Source: Chiloscyllium plagiosum
Taxonomy: Eukaryota
Reading direction: 5' to 3'
DNA length: 64,000 bases
Assembly: GCF_004010195.1 (NCBI RefSeq)
Contig: NC_057718.1
Coordinates: 57,241,023-57,305,022, forward strand
In this document: piece after piece, positions 1 through 12,085 of the stretch
Numbering within the stretch: the stretch's first letter is position 1
Layout: each line of letters starts with the position of its first letter
Program-made: the position numbers and the translations under genes
The notes under the pieces: model-generated
Databases searched by the model: none
The model's input: the letters and a program-made list of their open reading frames with translations, nothing else
Told to the model about the DNA's origin: nothing

Positions 1-173
1 CACCTATTGCATTTCTGACGCCCCTCCCCCAAGTCCCTCCTCCCTACCTTTTATCTTAGCCTGCTGGACAAACTTTCCTCATTCCAGAAGAAGGGCTTAT
101 GCCCGAAACGTCGATTCTCCTGTTCCCTGGATGCTGCCTGACCTGCTGCGCTTTTCCAGCAACACATTTTCAA
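1..173 (+). mobile_element. Penelope-like element terminal repeat with degenerate hammerhead (85-112)
   Basis: CAGAAGA-A-GGGC-TTAT-GCCC-GAAA-C-GTC followed by GATGCTGCCTGACCTGCTG; same repeat as 7786, 54700, 62400 and 63600. Confidence 0.7.
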
Positions 174-199
174 TCCTAAACATGCGCCCAGCCCAGCAG

Positions 200-2040
200 A
201 GTTGGTGTTTGAAGCTTATGGTCTCGACAGTGGTGCTATTGGCTGCTTAAAGGATATTGATGTTAGTATGCCTATCCTTCCAGCTGATATTGAGCATTTG
301 TCTTAAATAACACTGATGGTACTCTCCTCAAGGGCATTAAGGAGGCATCAATATGGAGTCCAAGTTTCAGAGCCAAATAGAAGAGTCGGAATGATTGCTG
401 CCTTATTCACAAGGATCTTGGTATCAGGATAGATGTCACTGTCTCCAAAGAATCATCTTTAGGCATCTGAAAACAGCATTTACAAATTGGATGCAATGTC
501 GAATCTCTACATCATTGTTAACCTTGGATGATAGGAAGTAACTTCCCAGATAGAGGAAATGTTCCATGTTTTGGAGGATTTCTCCATTGATCTTAATGGA
601 TAGATGGACTGGTAAAGGTCCAGAGACCAAAATAATGTTGTCCTAATCAAAGTAATGATCAGTGCAGATGACTATTGGACAGACCGCCAGCTCATCCATT
701 CCTCCATGTCCCTCAAATGTGTCCAGAAGCAGCTGAGTGTGAAAAGGAAATTCAGCAAAAGGCTCAGCATTGAGTGACTTCAAGAGCTAAGCAGACGAGC
801 AAACTTCTAACAGTGTCTTTCCCAAAATCTTTAAACAGTTCATTTCAACAGACTGGAGGAAATCTGGAAAGAGCTGAAGACAGCCACTATCTCATGCTGT
901 AAAGAAATAATTAGTTGCAAAAGCAGGAAACTCCAAGACTGTTTCAATGAGAATGACCACATTATCCAAGACCTCATTGACAGAAGAGAAAACTTCTCCT
1001 TGTTGATAATACAGTTGGTTCTGATAATAACGCGATAGTTCCATTCTTTTACGATCTTGTGTTGTAAGAAAATCACGCAATAGCCCTGCCTTTTAAACTA
1101 ATGGGGCCAAAATTGCATTATAGCCAATAGAGGTAAGGAAAGTTCAGTGGAACAGTGGAAACCCGTCAATCACATTAAAGCCAATTGGCGCTGAAGTAAT
1201 GCGCATTATAGCAGAACCAACTGTACAATATCACTAGCAAGGCAAAGAGGAGAAACCATTGAACAGCTAACTCAGAGTACAAAGAAGGATGGAAGTCAAG
1301 AAACAGTGGTAGACTGAGAAAGAAGCTGCAACTCCTTGCCAACAAGTATGACACCCTGGGTTCCTCCTGTGCCACCGAGGCAGTCCTCGGGCTCCTCCTG
1401 TGCCACCGAGGCAGTCCCCGGGTTCCTCCTGTGCCACCGAGGCAGTCCCCGGGTTCCTCCTGTGCCACCGAGGCAGTGTATGGATCCATCATCCTTGGCC
1501 TCAAACTAGTGCGGAGTAAGAATTGAATACTTCTGAGAGACAGAGAAAGCATCATCCCCCACTGCAGAGTGCACTTTAAAGATCTCAAACTGTGAAACAA
1601 TCGTTGCCATGGATGTGTTGAGAAAATCCCCAACTCCCCAAAGTTGATCTTGGGCTCCCACCAGTGTGGCAGAAGTTGAATTGCCATTAGACATACGCAG
1701 AATGAAAAAGCCACAGGACTGGATGGAATTCCAGTAGAAATTTTCAAATTTGGAGGAGCTCAGTTTATCAGCTCCATCAACTGTTCCTGAAAATCTGGGA
1801 CAAAGAAGAAATCCCTGCTGATCTCAGAGATGCTGCCATGTCTGTTTTCAAGAAAGAAGACAAAATGAACTGTAGAAACTACTAAGGAACCTCCTACTCT
1901 CCATCTCCAGGAAGATCATCATCCGAATCTTCACTATGCGGTTTCTTTGAGACTCTGAGGCAATCTATTCTGAAAGCCAGTGTGACTTCTAAACAAACCA
2001 TGGAACAATAGACATATCTTTATCATGTATATCATTCACT
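200..2040. mobile_element. Decayed RTE-clade LINE in two opposite-orientation pieces (about 200-630 minus, 720-2040 plus)
   Basis: Minus: HFLYLGSY..SSKVNNDVEIRHCIQ (late RT); plus: EKATGLDGIPVEIFKFGG, IWDKEEIPADLRDA, FKKEDKMNCRNY (pre-RT and early RT) with stops and frameshifts. Confidence 0.7.
1354..1477 (+). repeat. Minisatellite, 4 x 31 bp (CCCCGGGTTCCTCCTGTGCCACCGAGGCAGT)
   Basis: Four contiguous near-identical units starting at 1354, 1385, 1416 and 1447, no spacers. Confidence 0.95.
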
Positions 2041-2044
2041 GAAA

Positions 2045-2570
2045 GCAAACATGTACCTAGAACAAACAGTTAAGTAAGCAAATGGTGTATTGGCTTTTAT
2101 TGCAAGGGGATTTGAATACAGGAGCAAGCTGCAGCTTAGAATTTGGCGAGACACACTTGGAATTGTGTGTCCAGTTTTGATCTCCTCATCTGAGAAAAGA
2201 TATATTTGTCCAACAGGGAGAGCAGGAAACATTCATCAAATTGATTCCTGGATTGGCAGATATGTCACATGAGGAGAGACTGGGTCAACTGGGCCTGTAT
2301 TCACTGAAATTTAGAAAAATGAGAGGGCACCTCACTGAAAATGTAGAAAATTTTAACAGGCTCGACAGACTGATGAAGGGATGATGTTCCCCTAGTTTGG
2401 GACAAGCCTCAGTAAACAGGGAAGAGCATTCAGAATTGAAATGAGAAATTTCTTTGCTCAGAAGGTGGTGAACCCATGGAATTCTCTACTGCATGAGGTA
2501 ATGGGGCCAAGTTGCTAATATATTTAAGAAAGAGGTGGATTTGCAGAGTCCAAGGGAGTAAAGGGCTTAA
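2045..2570 (+). mobile_element. CR1-like LINE 3' fragment
   Basis: KANGVLAFIARGFEYRSK-type RT C-terminal coding remnants. Confidence 0.7.
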
Positions 2571-2572
2571 AA

Positions 2573-2891
2573 AGATCAGATTAGATTCCCTACAGTATGG
2601 AAACAGGCCCTCCAGCCCAACCAGTCCACACCGACCCTCCGAAGAGTAAGCCACCCAGACCCATTTCCCTCTGACTAATGCACATAGCATTATGGGCAAT
2701 TCAGCATGGCCAGTTCACCTGACCTGCACATCTTTGTACTATGGGAGAAAACCAAAACACCCAGAGGAAACCCACGCAGACACGGGGAGAATGTGCAAAC
2801 TCTACACAGACAGTTGCCCGAGGCTGGAATTGAACCTAGGACCCTGGTGCTGTGAGGCAGCAGTGCTAACCACTGAACCACTGTGCCACCC
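2573..2891 (-). mobile_element. HE1-type tRNA-derived SINE
   Basis: Head GGGTGGCACAGTGGTTCAGTGGTTAGCACTGCTGCC with B-box GTTCAATTCC, core TGTAGAGTTTGCACATTCTCCCCGTGTCTGCGTGGG, TCTAA tail. Confidence 0.85.
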
Positions 2892-3139
2892 TGAGCACAG
2901 GAGTACAGCAATGAAACAGAAGGTCAGCCATGATCATGAATAAATGACAGAGAAGGCTCAATGGGTCAAATGGCCTACTTTTGCTATTATTTTCTACATT
3001 TCAGGTATACCAGGTGTGATCTAAAAAAAAACAGTTCAACTGCTTCAAAACTCTGATCTCACAAAGCCTGTGCAATAAAGGCTAATTCCATTAGTCTTCC
3101 TAATTACTCCTTCTACACTATATTTTGTGATTTGTGACA

Positions 3140-6100
3140 CTTGCCAAATGGTAGAAGCAGTATGAAATAGTTGGGTCACAATGAACAATTAGATCCAGGC
3201 TCTGCAACCCTATCACATCCAGTCGTGATTAGTGGTGGACAAATAAACAGGTAGTGTAGTTTTCACAAATACTCCATCCTCAAAGATCAGTGCAAAAGCC
3301 AAAGCTGAAGTATTTGTATCAGCCTTCAGCCAGAAGTGTAGACTGGATGATCAATCTCACCCTCCTCCTGTGGTTGCTTTTATCACTGATGGGAATCCGG
3401 TTATTTCAAGAAGTGGCTGAAGGCACTGCATATGCAAAGACTTTGGGTCCTGATAACATTCCAGCAACAGTACTGAAGACTTGTGCTCTTCAGCCAGCTA
3501 CACTTCTGGTCAAACTGCTTCAGCACAGCTACAACATTGGCATCTATTCAACAATGTGGAAGATTGCTCAGATAAATACACCAAAAGCAGAACAAATGCA
3601 GCCTGACCAGTTATTGCCCTAGAAATCTACTGTCTATCATCAGCAAAGTGATTTAAGGGTTCATCAACAGTGATATCAAGCAGCCTTTGTGGAATGGGCA
3701 GCTTTGGTTCCATTAGGGGACAGACCTTCTGATATCAACTGACCCATCGGACTTCACAATCGATACAACTGGTACTGCCCATTCCGCAAACTAGATTAGT
3801 TTGATGATTCCTTTGCTTTCTAGTTTTTTGATTTCTGCCTGTACTTCTGTCCATAAGGCAAATGACATTGGGTGGGCCTTGACATAATCATGGAATTGCT
3901 TTCTGGTCAACATGCAAGGTGGTCATTGCTCCTTTGACAGTCCGTAAACCTTTCTGAAAAACCTCTAGGTATTTAATTAGGACTTTGGTCAGGCAATGTG
4001 GTGAAACGGTTAAAAATTATGTCCCAATACGTGTGAATCTAACCGGAATGGAGGTGTTGCTTAGTCCCGTGTGAATCTTATTACACACCTCCAGGCAACC
4101 ACTTTCTAATCAAAAAAATGTTGAGCTAATCTGGGTGAATCTTTCAACAAATTACACCCCATCAAACTTGGGCCTGAGCTTTGTACAACAATCAATGGTA
4201 ATTGAACCAGGTACTTCTCAAAGGAGACTAGAACCATAAAGGTTCCCTAGTATAGGTTCTCAGTCTAGCCGAGATCTTTCACAAACCTAAGGGTTCGAGT
4301 CCAGAGCAAAATCTGTTAAAGACTCATCCTGTGATCACTGAAATGGATGCACCGGTATTGACCTCCATTGGAGCTAGATGACCGTTTAACCAGATGTTTT
4401 ATTAGTTCTGATTTGGATGTTGCTAAGCGATTTATCTGATCCAAACCAGATGTAGGTGGACTTTGCAGAGTGTGCACTCTCCTGGATATCGGCCAATGAA
4501 TTCTCTTACTCAGTTTAGGTATAGTGTGATTCTTTTGTTGTCTCAAGTCTGCAACAACTACAATGGTTTGCTGGCCTGGATCCTGAAGAAATTCTAATTG
4601 CTTGGCTTTGCTTTGGGATTTTGCTGTGGGCTGACCTAGACAGACCAGAGTAAACGATGACATATTATTATGTTGAGCAAGAGTGATTGTCCTGAACAAA
4701 GATCGCCAACAGATACTGGCTGAACTCCACTAGGGTCATCCAGAGGTCTTCAGAATGAAGATGTTGGCAAGACGTTATGCCCGATGGTCAGGATCAGATG
4801 CAAACATAACCGCAGTGAAGCAGTGCTCAGAGTGCCAAATAGGACAAAAACGACCACCAGCAGCTCCTCCACATTCATGGGATTGGCCAGGTAAACCGTA
4901 GACTCCATTACACAATAACTGTGCAGGTCTTTTCATGGGCTCAATGTTCTTAGTCATTAATGAGCTCAATTGACAAACACAGAGACAGTGATAGAAAATC
5001 GGTGCACATCCTTTGCGATTTATGAGCTCCGAGAAGTGTTGGTCACAGATGAAGGGCCAGCAGGGAGTTTGAGTATCTCTTGAAGTTGAGTGGTGTTTTG
5101 ACAAATAAAGACAGCTCTATACCATCCATCATCCCATGGTCTGGCAGAAAGAACAGTACAAGCTTTGAAGGCAGGCTTAAAGAAATAGCCTACAGTTTCA
5201 CTAGATACCAAATTGTCCCTGTTCGGTTAGGACTACCCCTCATGAAACTACAGGGATAGCTTCAGCAAAGTTGATAATGGGGAGAAGAATATGATCTTCT
5301 TGGACCAGGAGGGGGCAGAAGAGGGAAATGGCATCAAGAACGCAAATACCAGACACAAAATTCCTTTAAGTGACAGTTTACTTGAGGAGACAACATTTGA
5401 TGTAGGAACCATGGGAATGGCCCAGCACGTAAGGTCAGGTCCAGTAATGTACAAAATTCAGATAGGTGGCAATGATCCTAAACAAGCACGTGGACCATAT
5501 GAAAATTGCAAACTTACAAATGGTGCGAGAGCAAAGCATGCCTGGCTCAACAACCTTTCTGACTGTATTGGAACTTGTGGGGCTCCCCCTCACTCTCATG
5601 CATTAAAAATCCCTAGAATCTGAGGTGGGACTGAGCAGATGTCACCACCTTGATGCATTTGCCACCTGAAGAAGAGATTGAATTTCTTCCGAGATGCTCT
5701 GGGCACCCGTATCAGAGGCAGAGTTGGAGGAACCTGACCTGGTGCTAAAATGCACCATGAGGAACTACAACAAAAAAATAAATCAGCCTATGTTCTCGGA
5801 CCCGGGGGTGGGAAGATATAGTAATTGCAATGAATTCAGCCAGCTGGACCTCATCAAATGAATGGCCCGATTGGGGTTGTTAACCTGGTCCAAACAGGGA
5901 GCCCTGGCTGACAGATATAAACAAACATGTCAGACTTTCTATTCAATCAAGAGCTGGCTCTGAAGGAGCTGGATCAGCATCAAGGACTCTGCATGTGTAA
6001 ATAAAGGGTGATTTAATGACAGGATACCAGCTTCTCTGGAGTTATTTAACTCCTCAGATTACATATTTTCTAATCAACCTGTTAAGAGAAGCTATTACAC

Positions 6101-7045
6101 ACTTCTGGAGCAGGTGAGATTTGATCCTCTGTCTCTGTCTCAAAAGGTAGAGACAACAACCCCAGTTCCCCAGAGTATTAACCTCGGCACGACCATCTTC
6201 AGCTGCTTCAATGACCTTCCCTGCTTCAAAGGCCAGAAAGTGGGATAGTTTCTGATGATTACACCATGTTCAGCACTATTTGTGACACCTCAAGATAGTG
6301 AAGTAGCCATTGCCTATATATGGCAAGATCTGGACAAATGCTTGTTATTTATCAACTAAAGAGCAGACAGTGTTCACAGTACATATAGGACAGTGATCAT
6401 CTCCAACAAAGGGGTATCTAACTATTGCTCCATGATATTCAATGATGCCACCATCACTGAATCCCCCATCATCAAAGCCCGGTGTACGAATTAGCCATAA
6501 AACACTGCAGCTACAACAGCAGGTCACTAAGGATTTTGCAGTGAGTAATCTTTTTTCTAACCAATGCCAATCAACAGACGCAAGAGAGGAGTATGATGGA
6601 ATGATCTCCACTTGCCTGGATGGTGCAGCTCCATAACACTCAGGAAACTTGACACTATCCAGGACAAAGCAGCCTGCTTGATTGACATTTCATCCACCAC
6701 CTAAAAAATATTCACCCCTTCCCTGATGGTGCACAAGATGAACTATAGTAACTGACCAACGATTCTTCAAAAGCACCTTCTAAACCTGAAACTTCTGCTC
6801 CCTCCACACAGGCAACAGATACACTGGCACACCAACTTAAAGTTCTCCTCCATAGAACTTCTTTGCTTTCAATGTTACTGGGTCAAAATCCTGGAAGCCT
6901 TTCTAAAAACACTGTGTATGACCATACACCCAAAGGATTCCAGCGATTCAATAATGGCAACCCACTGCGGCCTTCTCTAGAGCAATTAGGAATAAGCAAT
7001 AGTGGCCGAGATAGTGATGCCTATATCCCATGAATGAACAAAAAT
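3140..7045 (+). mobile_element. Old CR1/L2-like LINE split by the Gypsy remnant (pieces about 3140-3690 and 6170-7045)
   Basis: KTLGPDNIPATVLKTCA...MWKIAQ before the Gypsy, RT-core and 3' tail (ATCCCATGAATGAA) remnants after it. Confidence 0.6.
3715..6048. mobile_element. Rearranged Ty3/Gypsy LTR retrotransposon remnant
   Basis: Minus 3715-4640: protease LNGHLAPMEVNTGASISVI and RT start EIKKLESKGII..FAEWAVPVVSIVKSDGS; plus 4640-5500: integrase QILAELH*GHPEVFRMKMLAR..CSECQ and WDWPGKP; purine tract about 5804-5816 then LTR-like sequence with TATATAA-like box and AATAAA. Confidence 0.8.
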
Positions 7046-7736
7046 GCACAAGGACACTCACATCCCACTGTATTGCAACATTCTCTTCCCCATTTCAATA
7101 GCTTTCTTACTCTGCCTGCCCAAACAGAAAGTGTTTTTCCTGAAGTATACTTTGCCAAGTATTTCAAACTAGATCCTTTTATAGACTCCTTTTACCCTAC
7201 CTGCGAATTTGGTTACAGTACAATTCAGTTCTTTCATCCAAATCATTAATGCAGGTTATAAATAGTTGAGATATCAAAGCAATTGCCAATTTGATAATGC
7301 CTCATTTATTCCACTGTTAACTGATAATAAATTTGCCAGTTTTCCTTTCACAAATTGCAATTGGACATGGTCAACATGGTTATGATTTCATATATGTCCT
7401 GCTATTATCTCAATATTATAATATAGCATTTCCCAAAAGCACATCTGGGTAATTCTCGTTTCATGCTTTCTCTTCCTTTCCTGAAACATGGTATGAAATG
7501 TGTTTTCCAATTTGCTGCAACCTTTCCAAACTCAAGGAAATTTTGAAAATTTGCAAACAACGCATTCTCTAATTCTTCAGCTACCTACTTTAAAAAAATA
7601 CTTTTGCATGCTGGCAATTAGAGTCCTGGAGACTTATTCACCCGTAGTGCCAGGTTTTCAGTGTGATTGCTTTAGGTTCCGAATTAGTGGCGCTGGAAGA
7701 GCACAGCAGTTCAGGCAGCTTCCAAGGAGCAGCGAA

Positions 7737-7770
7737 ATCGACGTTTCGGGCAAAAGTCCTTCATCAGGAA
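7737..7770 (-). ncRNA. Minimal hammerhead motif on the opposite arm of the palindrome
   Basis: CTGATGA-A-GGAC-TTTT-GCCC-GAAA-C-GTC; one stem II mismatch. Confidence 0.55.
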
Positions 7771-7782
7771 TAAAGGCCTTTA

Positions 7783-7816
7783 TTCCTGATGAAGGGCTTT
7801 TGCCCGAAACGTCGAT
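7783..7816 (+). ncRNA. Minimal type-I hammerhead ribozyme motif, intact core
   Basis: CTGATGA(7786-7792)-A-GGGC-TTTT-GCCC-GAAA-C-GTC(7811-7813); stem I is short and imperfect. Confidence 0.7.
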
Positions 7817-7934
7817 TTCACTGTTCCTTGGATGCTGCCTGAACTGCTGTGCTCTTCCAGCACCACTAATCCGGAATCTGGTTTCCAGCATCTGCAGTCA
7901 CTGTTTTTACCTGCTTTAGGTTCCTCCCTCTCTT

Positions 7935-8265
7935 GCATAGTGTGGAAACAGGCCATTTAGCCCAACAAGTCCACACCAACCCTCTGAAGAGTAACCCACC
8001 CAGACACATTCTCCTATCCAATTACTCTACATTTTCCCTGACTAATGCACCTAACCTACACATCCCTGAACATTATCGAAAATTTAGCATGGCCAATTCA
8101 CCTAACCTGCACATCTTTGGACTGTAGGAGGAAACCGGAGCACCCAGAGAAAGCCCACATAGACACAGGGACAAATGTACTAACTCCAAACAGACAGTGG
8201 CCTGAGGCTAGAGGTCTCTGGCACTCTGGGGCAGAAATGCTAACCACTCAGCCACCATGCTGCCA
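7935..8265 (-). mobile_element. HE1-type SINE
   Basis: Alignable by eye to 2573-2891. Confidence 0.8.
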
Positions 8266-9440
8266 TAAAATTAATCTTACAGGTTTTCTTTGTTTTTTTT
8301 ATCATGAAAACAAACAAAATATTTGTTCAAAGTCTCTGCCATTTGCTTGGGTCACATTACTTGCCCCCCCTTTAAGGACCAATGCTCATGTTCTATATTT
8401 TCCTTCACACTTTTACTGAATGTGTGAAGTTTTCAAAACAAAAATAAAATTACTAGTTTTCTGTCAAAACAAAGAATACATTGAGTTAAAACATCTGTGA
8501 CCAATTTCACAATCACATGGGCTACCACTAATCTTTGCTGCATTGTACATATGACACCATCATTAGGTTGTGTCACTCCTGATGGAATATCTGAATGCTG
8601 TTTTGATTCAATCACCAAAATGGCCAATCATTTTGTACTACTATTCAGAACAGAAGGGAGACTTGCACCAGTTTTTTGTTGAACTCAAATACATCTTTAT
8701 TTTAAAACAATACTTCTAAAAATAACAAAATAGTTCACAACCAAGTTATAATAGAACTGCATTTCTTTGGAATCCCAAAATACACTTGCAGAGATCAAGT
8801 TTAAAAAAAACAAAAGCCCACTCTTGCATGTAAAAAAAAATTGTTGACTGCAGTTCACGTGGTATCTTGTTGACTAAAATCTGTAGATTTACTGATCAAA
8901 GATCTTCAGTTTAGATTGTCAGCCAACTTGGTTTCAGTCTTTAGAAAGTGACTACAGTTCAGATTCAAGATTTATAAAATTGAAAAACTAATATGTAAAC
9001 ACCTTCAGGTTACCAACGATGCTGAGACATATAGTCTAAATTTCTCCCATACTGACCACTTAGGCTTGTGAAAACAGAAATTACATATCATAAATGATTG
9101 CTAGGTAACCATCAGCACAGGCCTCTTGTATAGTCCTCTTTTTTTCCCAAAAGCCAAGTTTCCCAGCATTTAAGGATGATAAGTTAAATCTCTCTAATAG
9201 CTTTCCCCATCTCTTCAAAATCAAAAGTAACAGGTAATTTTAACTGTTGACCTCATTTTCTAAACAACCACATGGTCAAGAATCATTTCCAAATTCGAAA
9301 CTATCCATCCAATTTCTTTCACTTTTTCCACAGCTTGTAATATAAATATGTATTCCCAATAGTACCTATTACAATAGCATCCACTATAATCTTCTGCATA
9401 GAATTGTTCCTGAATAAATACAGCTGAAAAACATAGTACA

Positions 9441-9690
9441 GCATGGTCACTCAGTGGTTAGCACTGTTACCTTACAGCACCAGGGACAGTCTCTGTGGCG
9501 TTTACACATTATCCCAAACGTCTTTGTGGGCTTCCTCCCATGGTTCACAGATGTAGTTAGGTAGATTAGCCATGGGAAATGTAGGGTTACAAGGACAGGG
9601 TTGAAGTTAGGTCTGGATGGGATGCCCTTTGGTTGGTTGGTGTGGACATGATGAGCTGAATGGACTGTTTCCACACTCTAAGGATTCTAC
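9441..9690 (+). mobile_element. HE1-type SINE, degenerate
   Basis: CAGTGGTTAGCACTG head and CTGTTTCCACACT tail region. Confidence 0.7.
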
Positions 9691-11689
9691 AATATGCAAG
9701 TTGTTACCTCAGTAGCTTGGTTTGCTGTATTCCTTCCTTGGCAGGTTTGAAGTGCTTCCCTTTTAGGCAGTCTCTCTCTTAACCCCCTTGAAAACCCATT
9801 GTCTGACTTTAAAACCCCACTTTGAAACAGTTAGGCAAATGTCCACCTCAGTAAACAAGTTTTCAACTGCCATTACTAGATTTGACAAATATGTGCTTCC
9901 AGTATGGATCCACTTACCAGCCTCAACAAATTAGTTTCACACTGATTTTATTTACCGGGCAATGTTTTCTCTAAGTGGTCAACGATTGTATTTTCCCGGG
10001 CGATTTCGGGTGAATTCGGTGCCCCCCCCATCCCCACTTGTTTTGAGTATTGTGGTAGTACGTTTCTTACATGCCCCTATTATTCATTATTTATAACCTT
10101 ATTTTCTTTTCTGCAGTAATATAAAGCATTGTGATTTTTTCTTTTAAAACAAAGTTCCCTACAAACTGATTCTACTTTTCCTCTGAACCAAAATCACTTT
10201 TGAACTGATAACTTCCTTATTCAGAGCCTTCCCACTTCCCCTTTCCTTACAATCCTTCCAAAACGTCAAGTAATGCTTTAAATATTCATACCCGAGCTGT
10301 GCTCACTCCAAAACCATGTTTCAGAAAAGGATATCATACCTATTTGAAAATATCCTGTGACATCCCAAAAACACACACAGTTCACATGTGCAAAACGTTA
10401 ATGCCCTGCCAGTGACTTGTACGGTTCACTCATATTTATTGCATTTCTTTGCGATCCATGTTTCTTACTGCTGGGCATTTCACACGTTTGTGCAGAACTT
10501 TCTGCCAGTGCAATGTGCCTTTCGCAGGTGCCAGGAAACACAGCCCATATTGGTTGGGTCATCAATCTATCCTTCTTGTTACTGATACACAGCCTTTCAC
10601 TCTGTGGAAGCATGATTATAAAGGGACAATGACATTAACTCACACAAGTGCACCAGTGAACGTATGCCCTCCATTCCTATATTGACCAGGTCATCACCTG
10701 GTCCTTTCTCCAGTTCCCAAATCCCCTCTCTCAAACTCAGACTTTCCCCAAATCTACTTTAAAATACTCCCTATAGCCCTAGTTCTATCAATCATTCTTT
10801 CTTCTCTATGGTTCTAATATGGTTGCAGTGAGGACCATCCAAACAGTTCCCCTTCATTCCGATATTGGTGCCACTGCCCATGAATCAAGACCCACTTCTC
10901 CCATTCCAATCTTTGAGCCACAGACTCAACCCTCATCTTACTTAACCAATGCCAGGCAATTTCCTTTTGACTCAGAAATCCAAAGATTACATTTAGGGAT
11001 GTAGAAACAGGAATAGGCCATTCAGTCCCTTGAGCATGCTCCACTATTCAATGAGATCATGGCAGATCAGTGGTCCACTTCTGCCTTTGGCCCATATCCC
11101 ACAATACCTTGCTTAACAATAATTTCTCTCTCAGATTTATAATCAACTACTGATCTAGCATCCACTGCCAATTATGGAAGACAGTCTCAAATCATCTACT
11201 AGCTTGTGCTTGTAGGTGCATTTCCTAACATCTCTTTTGAATCGTGTGGCTCTAATTTTAAGACTATATCCCCCACTCCTAGAATCTCCAACCAGTGGAA
11301 ATAGTTTATATACCATGTTTTTCCTGATAATATCTTGAGACTTCAATCAGCCCACCCCTTAATCTTCTAAATTCTTGAGAAATAAGGCCTAATTTGTATA
11401 ATGTCTCCTCATAACTCCTGAAGGTATGTGGTTCAGAATTTCTGGTCTTATTGTAAATATATACATTTCCCTCATTATACAACCTGCTCCAAATTCAATT
11501 ATATTATACTCGAGAGAACGGCATAATTAAGTGAAGAATTATATTTTCCACCAGGGAAATTAACTTTTCAAAAGTATATAAATTGTGACAGGTAACAATA
11601 CTTGAAGACTCTACTGGAATCTAGAAAAAGGTTCATGAACTAAGCATATTCTCAGACATACAGCACAGGAACAAACTTTTTTGTTCAAC

Positions 11690-12085
11690 TCATCTGCACT
11701 GAGCAGACCTAATCTGACCTAGTCCCATTTGGCCCATATCCCTCTAAACCTTTCTTTTTCATATACCTATCTAGATGTCTTTTAGTTGTTAGAATGATAC
11801 CTGCCTCCACCACATCCTCTGGCAGCTCATTCTATACACTCACTATCTACTGCCTGAAAATGTTGCCCCTCAGATCCTTTTAAAAATCTCCCCCCTCACT
11901 TTAAACCTCTGCCCTCTAGTTTTGGACTCCCCCATCTGAGGAAAAAGATCTTGGCTAATCACTCTAAACATGCCCCTCATGATTTTATTACTTGTTAGCC
12001 TTCGACGTTCCAGGAGAAATGTCTCCCAAACCCTACTGTCCCAGCAATATTCTTGCAAATGTTTTCTGCACCTTCTCAGGCTTAA
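11690..12085 (-). mobile_element. CR1 LINE 3' fragment
   Basis: GESKTRGQRFKVRG motif; reverse complement of the 12700-13300 region. Confidence 0.75.

Larger units (their letters stand above)
7681..7911. mobile_element. Palindromic non-autonomous PLE-derived insertion with 13-bp target-site duplication
   Basis: Inverted arms 7677-7776 and 7777-7876 with no spacer; TGCTTTAGGTTCC at 7668-7680 and 7912-7924. Confidence 0.85.

Noticed and set aside
1354..1477. CRISPR-like array of 31-bp repeats
   Set aside because: Units are contiguous with no spacers, no cas genes are present and the context is eukaryotic; it is a minisatellite.
1175..1747. 190-aa ORF with repeated TASVAQEEP
   Set aside because: Antisense reading of RTE sequence through the minisatellite.
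2820..2891. tRNA gene-like A and B boxes (also 41670-41740, 38955-38985, 39790-39860)
   Set aside because: They are SINE heads followed by SINE bodies; no complete cloverleaf is evident.
7500..7919. 139-aa plus ORF and 77-aa minus ORF with near-identical peptides
   Set aside because: Produced by the DNA palindrome; no protein family resemblance.
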